From Dictyostelium discoideum (Eukaryota): a DNA stretch of 64,000 nt. This document shows positions 1-19,499 of the stretch, in pieces (within the stretch, counting starts at the first letter, position 1; each line of letters opens with the position of its first letter). The notes beneath the pieces are model-generated. The model did not search any database, was not told where the DNA came from, and saw nothing but the letters and a program-made list of their open reading frames with translations. The translations under genes and the position numbers were made by a program. The stretch covers positions 1,280,001 to 1,344,000 of the forward strand of contig CM000150.2 in the NCBI GenBank assembly GCA_000004695.1. Direction: 5' to 3'.

Positions 1-1
1 G

Positions 2-276
2 AACTCTGCTTTTACTTATCAAGGTTCAGAACTTTTTAATCTCCAAACTGACCATGAAGTTTGGTAAGTAATTATTAAAAAAAAAAATTAAAAAATTAAA
101 AAATTATTTATAAAAAATATTTTAATTAATATTAATAAAATTTTTTTTTTTTTTATTTTTGATTATTTTTGTTACTATTTATTTTACTATTTGTAATTTT
201 TTTTTTTTTTAAAAAAAAAAGGGTACTTATTAATGAAAAATTAGTTATTGATCTTGGTGGTATCCATGAAATTTGA
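2..276 (+). CDS. 3' end of an unidentified gene entering from upstream, join(2..63,222..276). Exon ...NSAFTYQGSELFNLQTDHEVW ends at a GTAAGT donor at 64-69. The AG acceptor at 220-221 gives the terminal peptide VLINEKLVIDLGGIHEI and a stop at 274-276.
   Basis: An open frame runs from the window edge into a consensus GTAAGT donor. The intron is AT-rich and ends in an A-run plus AG. No homology was recognised. Confidence 0.25.
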
Positions 277-989
277 TGATACACCAATCCAATGTACAAT
301 CAAATTTCATTTCACTTACCAAACTAATGGAGCTTGTGGTAGAGTTACTGGTTAATTAAATCAACTGGTGAATTTACATACAAGTAATCCATATATTTCG
401 ATCCAATGTCATTCTACCAATGGCCAATGTATTAATACTCAAATTCCAGGTGATATTTGTGATTGTGGTTGTATAACAGAAAATAAATGTAAAGTATCAT
501 GGTGTACACCAGAAGGAATTTTTGAACCAAAATTCATATCTGAAATTTCAATTTCCATAAAGAATAAATAATCATTTCAAATAGTGAAATAAAAGTATGA
601 AATTTTCAATTCATTGCATGTATTGGTTTTCCATTTTTGTTTAAAAACTAAATTTAATTAATTAACCAACATAAAATTATAAAAAAACACAACTAATGAA
701 CAGAATATTGGAGATTTTTAACCAAAATTGGTAGCAAAACGGCCAGTAATAATTTCGTCAATCGACAATTTTTTTAATGTAAAAAAAAAAGATTCAAGTA
801 TTTTTTATATATTTGAATGGTGGCGGAAAAAATATTGTCATGAAATTTTTACAGAAAAAAAAAAAAAAAAAAAAAAAAAAAGATATAAGTATTTTTTTAT
901 ATATTTGAAGATTTTTTTTAAAATTTATTTTATTATAATAATATAACAATATTCCAAAAAATTGATAGCAAAAGGGCTAGTAATTAAAT

Positions 990-3391
<2,402 letters not shown>

Positions 3392-4216
3392 TTTTTTATG
3401 TTCTACAAAAAAAAACAAATAAAATTAATTATGAATTAGAATATAGGACCTAAATGTGAAGTAAAAAAGAAAAAAAAAATGAAATATTTTTAAATATTTT
3501 TTTTGGGCAGTGGGTGAACTCAAAAAAAAAAATTAAAAAAAAAAAAAAAACTGAAAAAAAAAAAAATAAAAAATAAAAAAAAATAAAATTTTTAAAAATA
3601 AAAATAAAAATAAAAATTAAATAAAAATAAACATGAAGATCTAAGGGGAAAATTTCGTAGTTCTTGTCACGTAACTTAAATAAATGATCTTCCTTTTTTA
3701 TTTTTCCTTTTTTGTTCTTTTAATTTATTTTTAAATAAAATAAAAAATAATAATTTTGATTTTATAAAAAAATGAATTTTTTTTTATTTTATTTTTTTTT
3801 GAATGTTATAAAAAAAAAAAAAAATAAAAACTACTTACTTTATTATTTTTATATATATATATTAAAAAGAGAGCGCTTAAAAAAATTATATTTATTATTT
3901 ATTATTTATTATCTATTATTTAAAAAAAAACTTTTAAAAGTTAATAGTAAAAAAAAAAAAAATTCTAAAAAAATTATCCTTTAAATACAATCATTCTCAC
4001 CATTTTCAAAAAAAAAAATTTTTTACCAATCGAAATTTTTTAGAAAATTTATTTCAAATCACATGACTTTTCTTTTATTTTTTTTTTAAATTTCATTTTA
4101 TTTTTTTTTTAAATTTCATTTTTTTTTAGTGGTATAAGTAAGGTTTTTTGAGTTTAATTTTTTTTTTTTTTTCACTTTAATTTTTTATGTGCGGCACCCA
4201 AACTTAAATCGAAATC

Positions 4217-4250
<34 letters not shown>

Positions 4251-5202
4251 GGACCAATCAATCTATAAAAAAAAAAAATTTTAAAAGAGAGATATTTTAA
4301 AATTAAAGTGTGCTAAAAAAAACTTTTTTTTTTTTTTTTTTTCCGCGCTGTGTGCAAAAAAAAAAAAAAAAAAAAAAATATATAAACTAATTAATTCTAA
4401 AAGGAAAACAATAAAAAGACAATTGTTATATAATTTATAATTTTAATATATATTTCTAAATTGAAAAAACAATTTTTATTTTTTATTATTAAAGTTTATT
4501 ATATTAATTTTTAATTTTTTCAATTAATTTTTAAATTGGATCGATTAGCCAAAAAATATTAATCACCATCAGTATTATCCATTATTATCTGGTACAATTG
4601 TTGGGTATTCTTGAGTTTGAATAAAATGTATTTTTTGTAACCTGATTCAATCATGTGGTGGTGGTGTGAATATAAATACTAATAATATGGTTTGTCCATA
4701 TCGATTAATGTTTGGATCGTGCAAAAATAATTGACCAAAGTCTCATTCAAATGATTTGTTAGACATTCATTTTTATAAATATTGAAACTCAAAACATTGG
4801 TTAGCTATACCTCTATTGAAAACCAATGTTTTGGCTTGTAATATTTGAAAGATTCCAAAAAACATATCTTACAAATTATTTTAATAAAACATTAGTCAAA
4901 GATTCCTTCACGATTCAAACATTAATCCAATCATGATGGTAACAATAACCATTTGAACATTCACCACATTATTACAATTTTCATATTCACAAACTCTACT
5001 TTTATATCCAATAAAAGGAACTATATTATTTATATGATGAATACATTTTTCTTTGATCTTTAATTTGGATTAATGAAAATCATCACCACCACCACCACCA
5101 ATACAAATTCCAACAATTGAAAAAATACTATATTTTGATGGCCAACCTATTTGCATTAAAAACAACTATCATTGTCATATCTATAATTATAACTACCATA
5201 TT

Positions 5203-5236
<34 letters not shown>

Positions 5237-5591
5237 GACTATGTTATTTTTATATTAATATAAATGAATTGAAAAGATTTGTTTTAGGTTAACTTTAACC
5301 AATATTTTTCAAGTTTTTTTGGTTGAATATGTATAAACTTCTTTTTCACTATTAATCTTCACCCAAAGAATTGTAGATTAAAAAATAAAATAAAATATAA
5401 AAAAAAAAAAAAAAACAAAATCCTTTTTTATATTATTATTTTTTTTTCAACCAATTAAATAATGCTTACCTTATAAAACCCAAAAGACCCAAACTAAAAA
5501 TTACATAATTTATTATTTATTATTTTATAATTAATTAATTTCTTTATTCATTTGTTTATTTATCTTTTATTAAAAATATTTTTAAAGAATG

Positions 5592-5650
<59 letters not shown>

Positions 5651-5865
5651 CCCATTATTCACAAATTAAAACAAAACCTAAAAACAATAAATTAAAAAAG
5701 TTATCTTTTTTTTTTTTCTTTTAATTTTTATTTTTTTAATTTGGGTCAATTGTGGAAGTGATTGAATTTCAAAAGATCCTGTTTTTTTTTTAAAAACATA
5801 ACATGGACCACACATCAAACACTTGAAATTTTTAAAATCAAAAAAATAATAAAAAAAAAAAATTC

Positions 5866-5918
<53 letters not shown>

Positions 5919-6206
5919 AATAAAAAATTTATGAAAAAAAAAAAAAAAAATATTTTTTAAATTTTAACGATATCAAATTCAAAATTTTGTGTCTTTTTTT
6001 TTATTATTTGTTTTTATTTCTTTTTTTCCATCAAAAGAAAATAATTTATCCAATAAAATAAAATAAAATAAAATAAAAAAATAAAAATAAAAACCATAAT
6101 TTTAATAAAACTATAAATTTTAAAAAAAAAAAATAAATAAATAAAAAAAAAAAAAAAAGATAATAAAAAAAAAAAAAAAAGATAATAATAATAATAATAA
6201 TAAAAA

Positions 6207-6464
6207 ATGGCATTTTTACCACCCAATTTAAAGATTATGTTTAATCCAAGACATCCACCACCATTTTTACCACCACCACCACCATCAAATTTACCTCCAT
6301 ATACTGGATTAAGAGATTATTTATCAATATTTACTGATCCATCAAATGAAGAACCTTTCAAAAAAGAACATATTGAAAATTTAGAAGAAAAAAGAGAAAA
6401 AAAGAGAAAATTAAAAATTTCTGAAAATGATGAAAGAATTTCAAAATCATTAAAAGCTTGTAAT

Positions 6465-6518
<54 letters not shown>

Positions 6519-6909
6519 TAATAATTAAAATGTGTGTATAAAATTTTACTAATATGTATATTTTTTTAATTTAATAATAAATTTAGGGGATCCATATTCA
6601 AATTCAGAAACAACTGGTGATCCATATAAAACAATATTTGTGTCTAGAATTAGTTATAAAACTACTCAACAAAAGTTAGAATTTGAATTTGGTCAATTTG
6701 GGCCAATTAAAAGTTTATTTTTAGTAAAAGATTCAAATAATCCTGAAAAACATACTGGTTATGCTTTTATTGAATTTGAAAGAGAAAGAGATATGAAAGG
6801 TAAATTCTAAAAAAAAAAAAAAAAAAAATTTATTATTTATTATTTATTTATTTTTTTTATTAATAATTTAATATATACATAAATTTTTATTAATTTTATA
6901 ATTATTTAT

Positions 6910-6948
<39 letters not shown>

Positions 6949-7863
6949 GCTGCTTATAAACAAGCTGATGGTATGAAAATAGATGATAGACGTATTGTAG
7001 TTGATATTGAAAGAGGAAGAGTTATAAAAAATTGGAAACCAAGAAAATTTGGTGGTGGTCTTGGTAATACAAGAGCAGGTGGTGTTGATGTGAATCAAAC
7101 ATTCTCTGGTCGTGAAATGTCTGAATCTAGAGAAAAAGAAAAAGAAAGAGAAAAAGAAAAAGAAAAAGAAAAAGAAAGAATGGAAAAAATGAAAAAAAGA
7201 GATGGTGGTTTATCATCAAATGGTAATAGAAGTAATGGTATTAGTAGTGGTAGTGGTGGTAGTGGTGGTGATAGAGGAGATAGAGGTGATAGAGACAGAG
7301 GAGATAGAGGTGATAGAAGTGATAGAAGTGATAGAGATAGAGAAAGAGGAAGAGGTGATAGAGATCATCGTGGTAGTGGTGGTGAAAGAGAAAGAGAAAG
7401 AGATCAAAGAGATAGGGGTGGTGATAGAGGTGGTGATAGAGGTGATAGAAGTGATAGAGGAAGAAGTGATAGAGGTGATAGAGGTGATAGAAGTGATAGA
7501 GGCAGAGATGATAGAGAAAGAGGAAGAGATGATAGAGGTGATAGAGGTAGAGATGATAGAAGAGGTGGCAGCGATAGAGATAGAGATAGAGGAAGCAGAG
7601 ATGATAGAGGTGATAGAGATGACAGAAGTGATAGAGGTAGAGATGATAGAAGAGGTGGCAGCGATAGAGATCATCGTATTGATGAAAGAAGAAGAGATCA
7701 AAGAGATTATGGATCAATTAGTGATGCACATTTTGATCATTTCCAATATCAACCACAACAACATCATCATCATCAACAAAATCATCAATCACATCATAAT
7801 CAACCACATCCAGAACGTGTAAATAGAGACTATTCAATGATTTCAAATGAAAATGGTTTTTAA
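6207..7863 (+). CDS. snrnp70: U1 small nuclear ribonucleoprotein 70 kDa (U1-70K), 3 exons: join(6207..6459,6587..6799,6950..7863)
   Basis: The N-terminus [18 protein letters not shown]...LPPYTG matches the U1-70K start MTQFLPPNLLALFAPR. The exon 1/2 junction recreates the conserved KAWDPYS (human KMWDPHND). The RRM reads [35 protein letters not shown]...[14 protein letters not shown] | [24 protein letters not shown]. The C-terminus is long and RD/RS/RE-rich and ends in a poly-H/Q tail. Donors are GTAATG and GTAAAT. Acceptors follow T/A-rich tracts. Confidence 0.85.
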
Positions 7864-8110
7864 ATTATTTAAATTAAATTAAAAAAAAAAAAAAAAAAAT
7901 TAAAAAAAAAAATTAAAAAATTAAAAATATAATAATTATTAATATTTGATAAGGTATGTGTATTTTGGGTATTTTTTTTATTTATTTCCTTTCTTTCTTT
8001 TTTTAAAATAATTCTTAAAAATATTCTTTAAAATAAAAAAATAAAAAAATAAAATAATAAAAAAAAGGTAATTATAATACCATAATAATAATTTTAGTAA
8101 GTGTATTAAC

Positions 8111-8145
<35 letters not shown>

Positions 8146-8495
8146 ATTATTGTTATTATAATTTATTATTGGTAACCTTCTTTTTTTTTTTAATTAACTC
8201 TTTCTTTAACAGACTATTTAAATCAAATCAATTCCTGTAAACTCCGAACCAAAACAAAACAAAACAAAACAAACAAAAAAAAAAACAAAAAAAAAAAAAA
8301 AGGAAATCTCTCAAAATATCAATTATATGGACTACTTGATACAATTTGTGGGGGTATCACATTTTAATGTTGTCATTTTAAAATTTAAGTAATAAAATTA
8401 ATTATTTCATTTTTTTTTTTTTTTTTTTTTTATCTTAATCATTTTTTTTCTTTTTTTAATTTTTATTTTTTTTATTATTTCAACTCCGATTTTAA

Positions 8496-8531
<36 letters not shown>

Positions 8532-8688
8532 TTCTAAAAAAAAAAAAAAAAAGTTAAACTAGTTAAAATCAATTGATTTTAATTAGTTTAACCAAAAATT
8601 ATAGACTATAAAAGACTCTATTTTTACTTTTTAATTAATTTTTGAATTTTGGGTATTTTTTATTTTTTTTTTTTATTTTTTTATTTTT

Positions 8689-9290
8689 TTATTTAAAGAT
8701 AGTGATTGGAATATCAACATTTTTTAATAGATATTCACATACTGACCCTCTACCATCCAAAAGTCTTTCAATCCTTCCTTTATCTTCATGACCAAGTACT
8801 ACCATATCTATTTTATTTTTTTCAATTTCTTTAATTATAACATCTTTAACACTCTCTTTAGTATCTATCAATAATTTATGACTTATAACATTATTTACAG
8901 CTAAACTTTTTGTATATTCATCCAATGCTTTCTCGGCAAGTTCATGTCTTGTGCAATTTGGGTTTGTGTCTAATTCTAATTTCTAAAAATAAAAAAATAA
9001 TAATAAAGTTATTAATATTATTTTTATTTTATTGTTTTTATATTTATATATATATTTACTGTTACTGCTTTTCTATCTACAGCATGAAATAAAAAAATTT
9101 CAGTTTGGTGAGTTAAATCACACATTGCCAATGCTTCAAGCCAATGAAATGCTCTTTCTGAGACTTGACTTCCATCTAAACAAATCTAATTAATATTTAG
9201 TTGCATTAGTACTTTTTTTTTTTAATTAAAATAAAAAAAATATTAATAATAATAATAATAATATCTTTTATTTACCATATATCTATTCAT
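8689..9290 (-). CDS. Universal stress protein (UspA) family protein, 3 exons: join(9290..9276,9185..9060,8982..8689), about 139 aa
   Basis: Exon 1 is MNRYM with a GTAAAT donor. Exon 2 is ICLDGSQVSERAFHWLEALAMCDLTHQTEIFLFHAVDRKAVT, which looks like the Usp N-terminal beta-strand and ATP-binding region, also with a GTAAAT donor. Exon 3 runs KLELDTNPNCTRHELAEKALDEYTKSLAVNNVISHKLLIDTKESVKDVIIKEIEKNKIDMVVLGHEDKGRIERLLDGRGSVCEYLLKNVDIPITIFK. Its GSV C-terminus matches the Usp G-2x-G-9x-G(S/T) motif. Confidence 0.7.
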
Positions 9291-10307
9291 TTTTAAAAGC
9301 TTATATACAATTTCAATTAATTTTTAAAATATTAATATTCAAAATAGAATAAAAAAAAAAAAAAAAAAAAAAAAAAACCTATAGTGTAAACTCAAATCTA
9401 AAAAAAAAAAAAAATTAAAAATTAAAAATTAAAATTAAAAAAATTTTTTTATCAATCTATAAAAAAAAATAATAATAATTTAAATTAAAAATAAAAATGA
9501 AAAACTAAAATTAAAAAAAAATGTGTAAAAAAAAATTAATTTTTTTTTTATTTTATTTTTTTTTTTTAAATTTTAATATATTTTTTTTTTTTTTTTTGGT
9601 AAAAATTATTTTTAATGTCAATATTTTGAATTTTCTATTTAAATCTTTTCTGGAAAATAACAAGTTTAATTTTTATAAATTTGAATTTTATTATTTTAAA
9701 AAATATAAAGTCTAAACAATTGTTATGTTATTGAAAAAATTATTGATGTTTCTTTTTTTTATTGTTAAAAATAAAAAGAATTTTAATAATAAATTCTCGT
9801 AAACTAAAAAAAAATTTCTTTTCAAAAAAAAAAAAAAAAAAAAAAAAAATAACAAATACCTACTAAAAATCATTTTTTTATTTAAGTTATGTAATTATTA
9901 TTATTATTATAAAATATTAAAATTAATTCTTCTATTTATAATTAATTTTTTTTTTTTAAAATTAAAAAAAAAAAAAAAAAAAAATTATAGAAATAATTAA
10001 AGAAGACATTTTTTAATTTAGTTTTGAAATTTTGTAAAATGATGTTTTTTTTTTATTTTTGACAAATCAATAATTTTTGTAAATTAAAAATAAAATATTG
10101 GACTTTTGACTATAAAAGAATAAAAAATCACTACCAATAGATTAAATTTAAAATTTCTTTGATTTTAGTAATTTTTATTTTTAAAAAAAAAATTTAAAAT
10201 TAAAATCAGATAAAATCTCAATATTTTTTCAAACAAAGTAAAATACATATTAAAAAATAAAAAAATAAATAAAAAATTAAAGGAGATATATTTAACTATT
10301 AAAATTA

Positions 10308-10343
<36 letters not shown>

Positions 10344-10509
10344 TAATTTAAAAAAAGATTTAAAATTTTAAACACAAAAAAAAAAAAAAATTATTTTACT
10401 TTATCGATTTATTTATTGATTCAATTTTTTTACAAAATAATTATATTAAAATTTTAATATAGATATTAAAATATTATATATATATATTTTTATATATAGT
10501 AATTATATT

Positions 10510-10547
<38 letters not shown>

Positions 10548-10598
10548 TATATTACTTTTTTTTTTTTTTTTGATATAAATAGTAATAATAATTAAATT

Positions 10599-11894
10599 TT
10601 ATAATTTTGAAATTAAATTATTAATAGTATTATTATTATTATTTGAATTTAAATTATTTGAATTAATTAACATATTTGATAATAATTTACCAACTAAGGA
10701 ACCAATTGCAACACCCATACCACCCATACGCACACCTAAAACCACATTTTTTGAACCATTTAAAAATTCAATAATTGGTTTTTTATCTTTACCAAATGCC
10801 ATAATACCACACCAAACTGTATTTACAGTGAATTTTGTATTTGGAATGATATGTTCTTGTAATAGTTGATAAAGTTTATTTAAAATCATTGGATTTAATT
10901 TAAATTCTGTGGTAGCTTCAGTTTTAAAATCTAAATTTCTACCACCACCAAATAAGATACAACCATCTTTTTCACGAAAGTAATAAAAACCTTCATCAAA
11001 ATGATAAATACCTTTTAATTGTAAACCTGGAATTGGATCAGTTATCAAAACTTGTCCTCTACCAGGTGTAATATCAATATCATTTACCAAATCACCAGTG
11101 AATGCGTTTGTACAAATTGCCAATTTCTTACATTGAAATTCCATTGGTTTAGTTAATGTTGAATTTGATAATGCAAATGGATTCTCAACATGAACAATTA
11201 CCCCATCATCGTTATCAATAAATTTTAAAACTCTTGAACCATTTTTAATATGGACATTCCATGATAATGCCAATTCAGTGTATTGGAACATCATTTTACC
11301 AGTGTCAATCTCACCTTCAAAATTATTTTTAATTAAAAAACTACAAATTTTATCACTGAATCCAAATGATTTCATTTCCTCATTTGTGCATAATGTAAAT
11401 GCGTCACTTGGGAACACTTTTCTTAATATTTTATTAACAGATTCTATTTTCTCTTTTAAGAGTAACTCATTCGATAGTTGTGAACTTGAATCGATTAATT
11501 CAAAACTACCATTATTTTTATAACCAATGTTATCATCACCCAATCTTTTTCTTAAGAGTTCTAAACCACGGTAACGAGCATTCACTAAATTCAATACTTC
11601 TTCTTCTGACATTGTTTTCAAGTCATCTAAAATCTCTGTTAAACTACCAACACATGCGAATCCAGCATTCTTGGTTGATGCTCCATTTGGATGTGTATCT
11701 CTTTCCAATATCAATACTGATGATTGTGGTGATTTCTCTTTAATTGAAATTGCTGTTGATAATCCAACTATACCTGATCCAATTACAATATAATCATATT
11801 TTGATAATGATTTCTTTTCCCAATATGATTGATTTAAATTATTATTTATATTATTTATATCAATTAAATTTTTAATATTTTCATTATTTGACAT
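10599..11894 (-). CDS. FAD-dependent oxidoreductase, DAO/FOXRED-like family, single exon, 431 aa
   Basis: The N-terminal Rossmann dinucleotide-binding motif is YDYIVIGSGIVGLSTAISI, with the GxGxxG followed by ...LILER. Length and C-terminus (GMGVAIGSLVGKLL) are typical of DAO-superfamily flavoenzymes. Confidence 0.8.
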   Translation of the reverse strand: MSNNENIKNLIDINNINNNLNQSYWEKKSLSKYDYIVIGSGIVGLSTAISIKEKSPQSSVLILERDTHPNGASTKNAGFACVGSLTEILDDLKTMSEEEVLNLVNARYRGLELLRKRLGDDNIGYKNNGSFELIDSSSQLSNELLLKEKIESVNKILRKVFPSDAFTLCTNEEMKSFGFSDKICSFLIKNNFEGEIDTGKMMFQYTELALSWNVHIKNGSRVLKFIDNDDGVIVHVENPFALSNSTLTKPMEFQCKKLAICTNAFTGDLVNDIDITPGRGQVLITDPIPGLQLKGIYHFDEGFYYFREKDGCILFGGGRNLDFKTEATTEFKLNPMILNKLYQLLQEHIIPNTKFTVNTVWCGIMAFGKDKKPIIEFLNGSKNVVLGVRMGGMGVAIGSLVGKLLSNMLINSNNLNSNNNNNTINNLISKL

Positions 11895-12813
11895 TTTTTT
11901 TTTTTTTTTTTAGTATTATTATTTTTTTATTATTACTATATTTTTTTTTTTTTTTTTTTAATTGTTTTCAACAAAAAGAAAAAAAAAAAAAAAAAAAAGA
12001 TTTTTGGAAAATCGTCAAAACAAAAAAATTAAAAAAAAAAAAATATAAAAAAAAAAAAATAAAAAATCAATTACACGTATTTCAGTTTTTTTTCAATTTT
12101 TTTTTATTTTTTTAATTTTTTATTATAATTTAATATTTTTTATTTTAAATCTACTGGAAGATAATGAGTACAAAGAATTGGAACTTTTAATAAATAACTA
12201 AATCTATTATTTTATATTTTAACAAAATAATAGATTTAGTTATTTATTTTTTAATTTTTCTTTTTTATTTATATTTATTCCTCAGCATCCTATTAATTTA
12301 TTATTTATTTTTTATTTTTTTTTTTTTTATTTTTTTTTGTTTCATTTCAAATTTTATTTTTAGATTTTTTATTTTTTATTTTTTATTTTTTAACTGTGTT
12401 AAATTCCATTTTTTTTTTTTTTTTGTTTAAAATTAACCAAATTTTTATATAATCCCTTGTTTTAATTAATTTGAAATTGTTAAAAAAAATCTTTTTTTAT
12501 TTTTATTTTTTTTTTTTTTTTATATTTTTTTTTTAATTTTTTTTTTCATTTTTTTTTTTTAATTTTATTTTTTTTTTTTTTTTTTTTTTTTTTTGTTGAC
12601 TATTTTTAAACAAATTATCATTTTAAGTTTTTCTTTCGTTTTTTTTTTAATCTTTTTTTTTTTTTTTTTTTTTAATTGTATATATATATATTTTTTTTTT
12701 TAAAAAACTATTTTTTTTTACTTTACTTTTTTTATTTAAGAATATAAAAAAGAATTAAGTGAAAAAAAATAAAAAAATAAAAAAATAAAAAAAAAAATCT
12801 ATATAAATTCACT

Positions 12814-13035
12814 ATGAAAAGAATAGTTTTATTATTTTTAATATTATTATTTTTAAATTTTTTGACTATAAATTCAAAATCAATAAATGATGATGATGAT
12901 ATTGATAATAAATCATTAAATGAATTTAATAAATGGTTAATAAATAATAAAGTATATAAAAATCCCAAGATAGAAATAAAAGTTTTAGAAAAATATGGTA
13001 GATCAATAGTTGCGAAACAATCAATAAAGGTAAAA

Positions 13036-13121
<86 letters not shown>

Positions 13122-14391
13122 ATAATTTATAATTTATAATTAATTATTTATTTAATTTTTTATTTTATTTTTTTTATTGATTTTTTTTTTTTTTATTTTT
13201 TTATTATTTTATTTTTTATTATTTTAGAAAAATGAAAAATTAATTAGTGTACCAAAATTAATTATAATGTCAAATATGGGTGGATTTTCACATCATTTAC
13301 CAAATGAAATTTATGAACCATCAATTTCAATTGGTATATCACCAACAAATTTACAAGCTATATTTTTAATGTATTGTAAATTAAATGATAAATCATTTTG
13401 GTATCCATATGTATCAGTATTACCAAAAGAATTTACAACAAGTATTTATTTTTCAGAGGAGGAATTAGATGAATTACAATCATCAAAGTTAAAAGAATTT
13501 ACAATAATTAGAAAAGATGGTATTGAGCGTCATTATAATAGTACATTCACTAGGTTATCAAATCGTGGTATAGCTGAATTCTCACCAACATCAACTCAAA
13601 CACTTCAACAAAAAGGATACACATTGGAATTGTTTACATGGGCATTAAGTTGTGTTTGGTCACGTGCATTCAGTCTTAGTGATAGTGATGGTGGTATGGT
13701 GCCATTGGCAGACATGTTCAATGCTGAAGAGATATCAAAATCAAAAGTACAACCAAAAGTTACCGATAGTACATTGGATTATTATGCTTCAGATGACATT
13801 GAAATTGGTGAACAAATTTTCACACCCTATGGAGTTTATAAACCATTAAGTAGTAGTCAAATGTTAATGGATTATGGTTTTGTTTTCGATCATGGTACTC
13901 CTTCCGATAATGTTGCAATAAGTGTACCAATATTTCATCCAGATGAACCAAATATTCAAGTGAAACAATCAATTTTAGAAGAGAATGAAGTTGAAAATGA
14001 AGTTTTCTTATTAACTAAAAAAATTCCATTACCAAATGATTTACTATTATATGCTCGTGTTAAAAATTTAATTACAAAAGAAACAAAATATGCTAAAATT
14101 CATTTTTTAAGTTACCAAACTAAAGATCAACCTTTAAATATTAGAAATGAAAAAGTTTCTTTAAGATTTTTAGAAAATTTAATTCATCGTTATTTAGATT
14201 CTTATGAAACAACTTTAGAATTTGATAAAATTTTAATTCAACAACAAAATAATTTATCTTTTAATTCTTTAAATTCAATTAAAATTAGAATATCAGAAAA
14301 AGAAATTTTATTATTAACTTTAAATGAAATTGAAAAGAAAAGAGAAAAATTAAATAATATAAATAATAATGATTCTGAAAATATAAATTAA
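12814..14391 (+). CDS. SET domain-containing protein, RuBisCO-LSMT/SETD3-like lysine methyltransferase family, 2 exons: join(12814..13029,13228..14391)
   Basis: Exon 1 is MKRIVLLFLILLFLNFLTINS..., a hydrophobic signal-like N-terminus, followed by IEIKVLEKYGRSIVAKQSIK and a GTAAAA donor. The intron is an (AAT)n microsatellite. Exon 2 begins KNEKLISVPKLIIMSNMGG and carries the SET-like core (...ELDELQSSKLKEF..., ...GGMVPLADMFNAEE...) and an LSMT-type substrate-binding C-terminal region. Confidence 0.65.
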
Positions 14392-14522
14392 AATTAAAAT
14401 TAAAATAAATAAAATAAAATAAAATTATTTAATAAATAATTAAATAAGTGTTGTTGGAAAAAAAGAAATTAATAAATAAATCAATTTATTTTAATTATTA
14501 ATTTATTTATAATAAATAAATA

Positions 14523-14568
<46 letters not shown>

Positions 14569-15306
14569 TTGTGAAAATCATTCAGTTTGAAAATTTGATT
14601 CATATTATTTTTACAACAAATAAAAAAATCTTTAGTTTTTTTATTTATTTGTAATACTAAAAAATTAATTATTGAAGAAATATATTGCTGTTTTATTTAA
14701 TTTTAAATGTTCAATATGTTTTGAATTAAATTTCTTTTCTATAATAATTCTATCATTATTGTTTGATTTTCTATCAGCATCATTATTTCTACTAATTAAA
14801 CTTAGAAAATATTGATAACATAACCTGTAAATAACCAAAAAATGATAATTATTTATGGGATATCATTATTGCAAAACTATTTAATAAGGTTTAAATATTT
14901 GTACTTCATATTGAAATATTCTACCAATTAATAATACCTGAATCTATTTCAATACCTTAATAAAAGGTAAAATTTAACAAAATTAATCATTTTTATTTGA
15001 TTTTTGTTGCATTTGGATTTATCATTAAAGCTTTTCAAACATTCTCTATATTTATTCTTTACTCTTTCATTTGAACCAACAAACTAATAGAATTAATAAA
15101 GGGTCAGTTTCTGCATTTAGTGTATTCATTTCTCTTAATATTTAATTTTTATTAATTTTTTTTTATTTATTTAAATAAATAATAATTAAATAAAAAAATA
15201 AAATCAAATAAAAAAAAAAAAAAAAAAAAAAAAAACAATATCTTAATTAATTAGAAATTTAAAAGATAAATATTTTTAAAAAAAAATAAAACTATTTAAT
15301 TTATTT

Positions 15307-19499
<4,193 letters not shown>

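Noticed and set aside
7202-7822. Long ORFs on both strands overlapping the U1-70K C-terminus (206-aa +, 161-aa and 158-aa -)
   Set aside because: They are alternative-frame and antisense readings of the GAT/AGA/GGT repeat that encodes the RD/RS domain. Their composition (poly-V/I/E, poly-S/T, poly-H/Y/L) is repeat-driven, and they overlap a well-supported gene.
8345-8353. DUSE-like CCCCACAAA on the minus strand (TTGTGGGGG on +) with TATAAT 18 nt downstream
   Set aside because: The first base deviates from the [A/T]CCCA consensus. The predicted transcribed region consists of T- and (GTTTT)n runs that would terminate Pol III at once and carries no structured RNA.
14640-14900. About 65-codon open frame on the minus strand in the convergent spacer between the SET gene and the LRR-EGF gene
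   Set aside because: It has no ATG and no convincing acceptor or donor pair, its composition is low-complexity, and it is not in the supplied ORF track. It is probably chance openness in the 3'-UTR regions.
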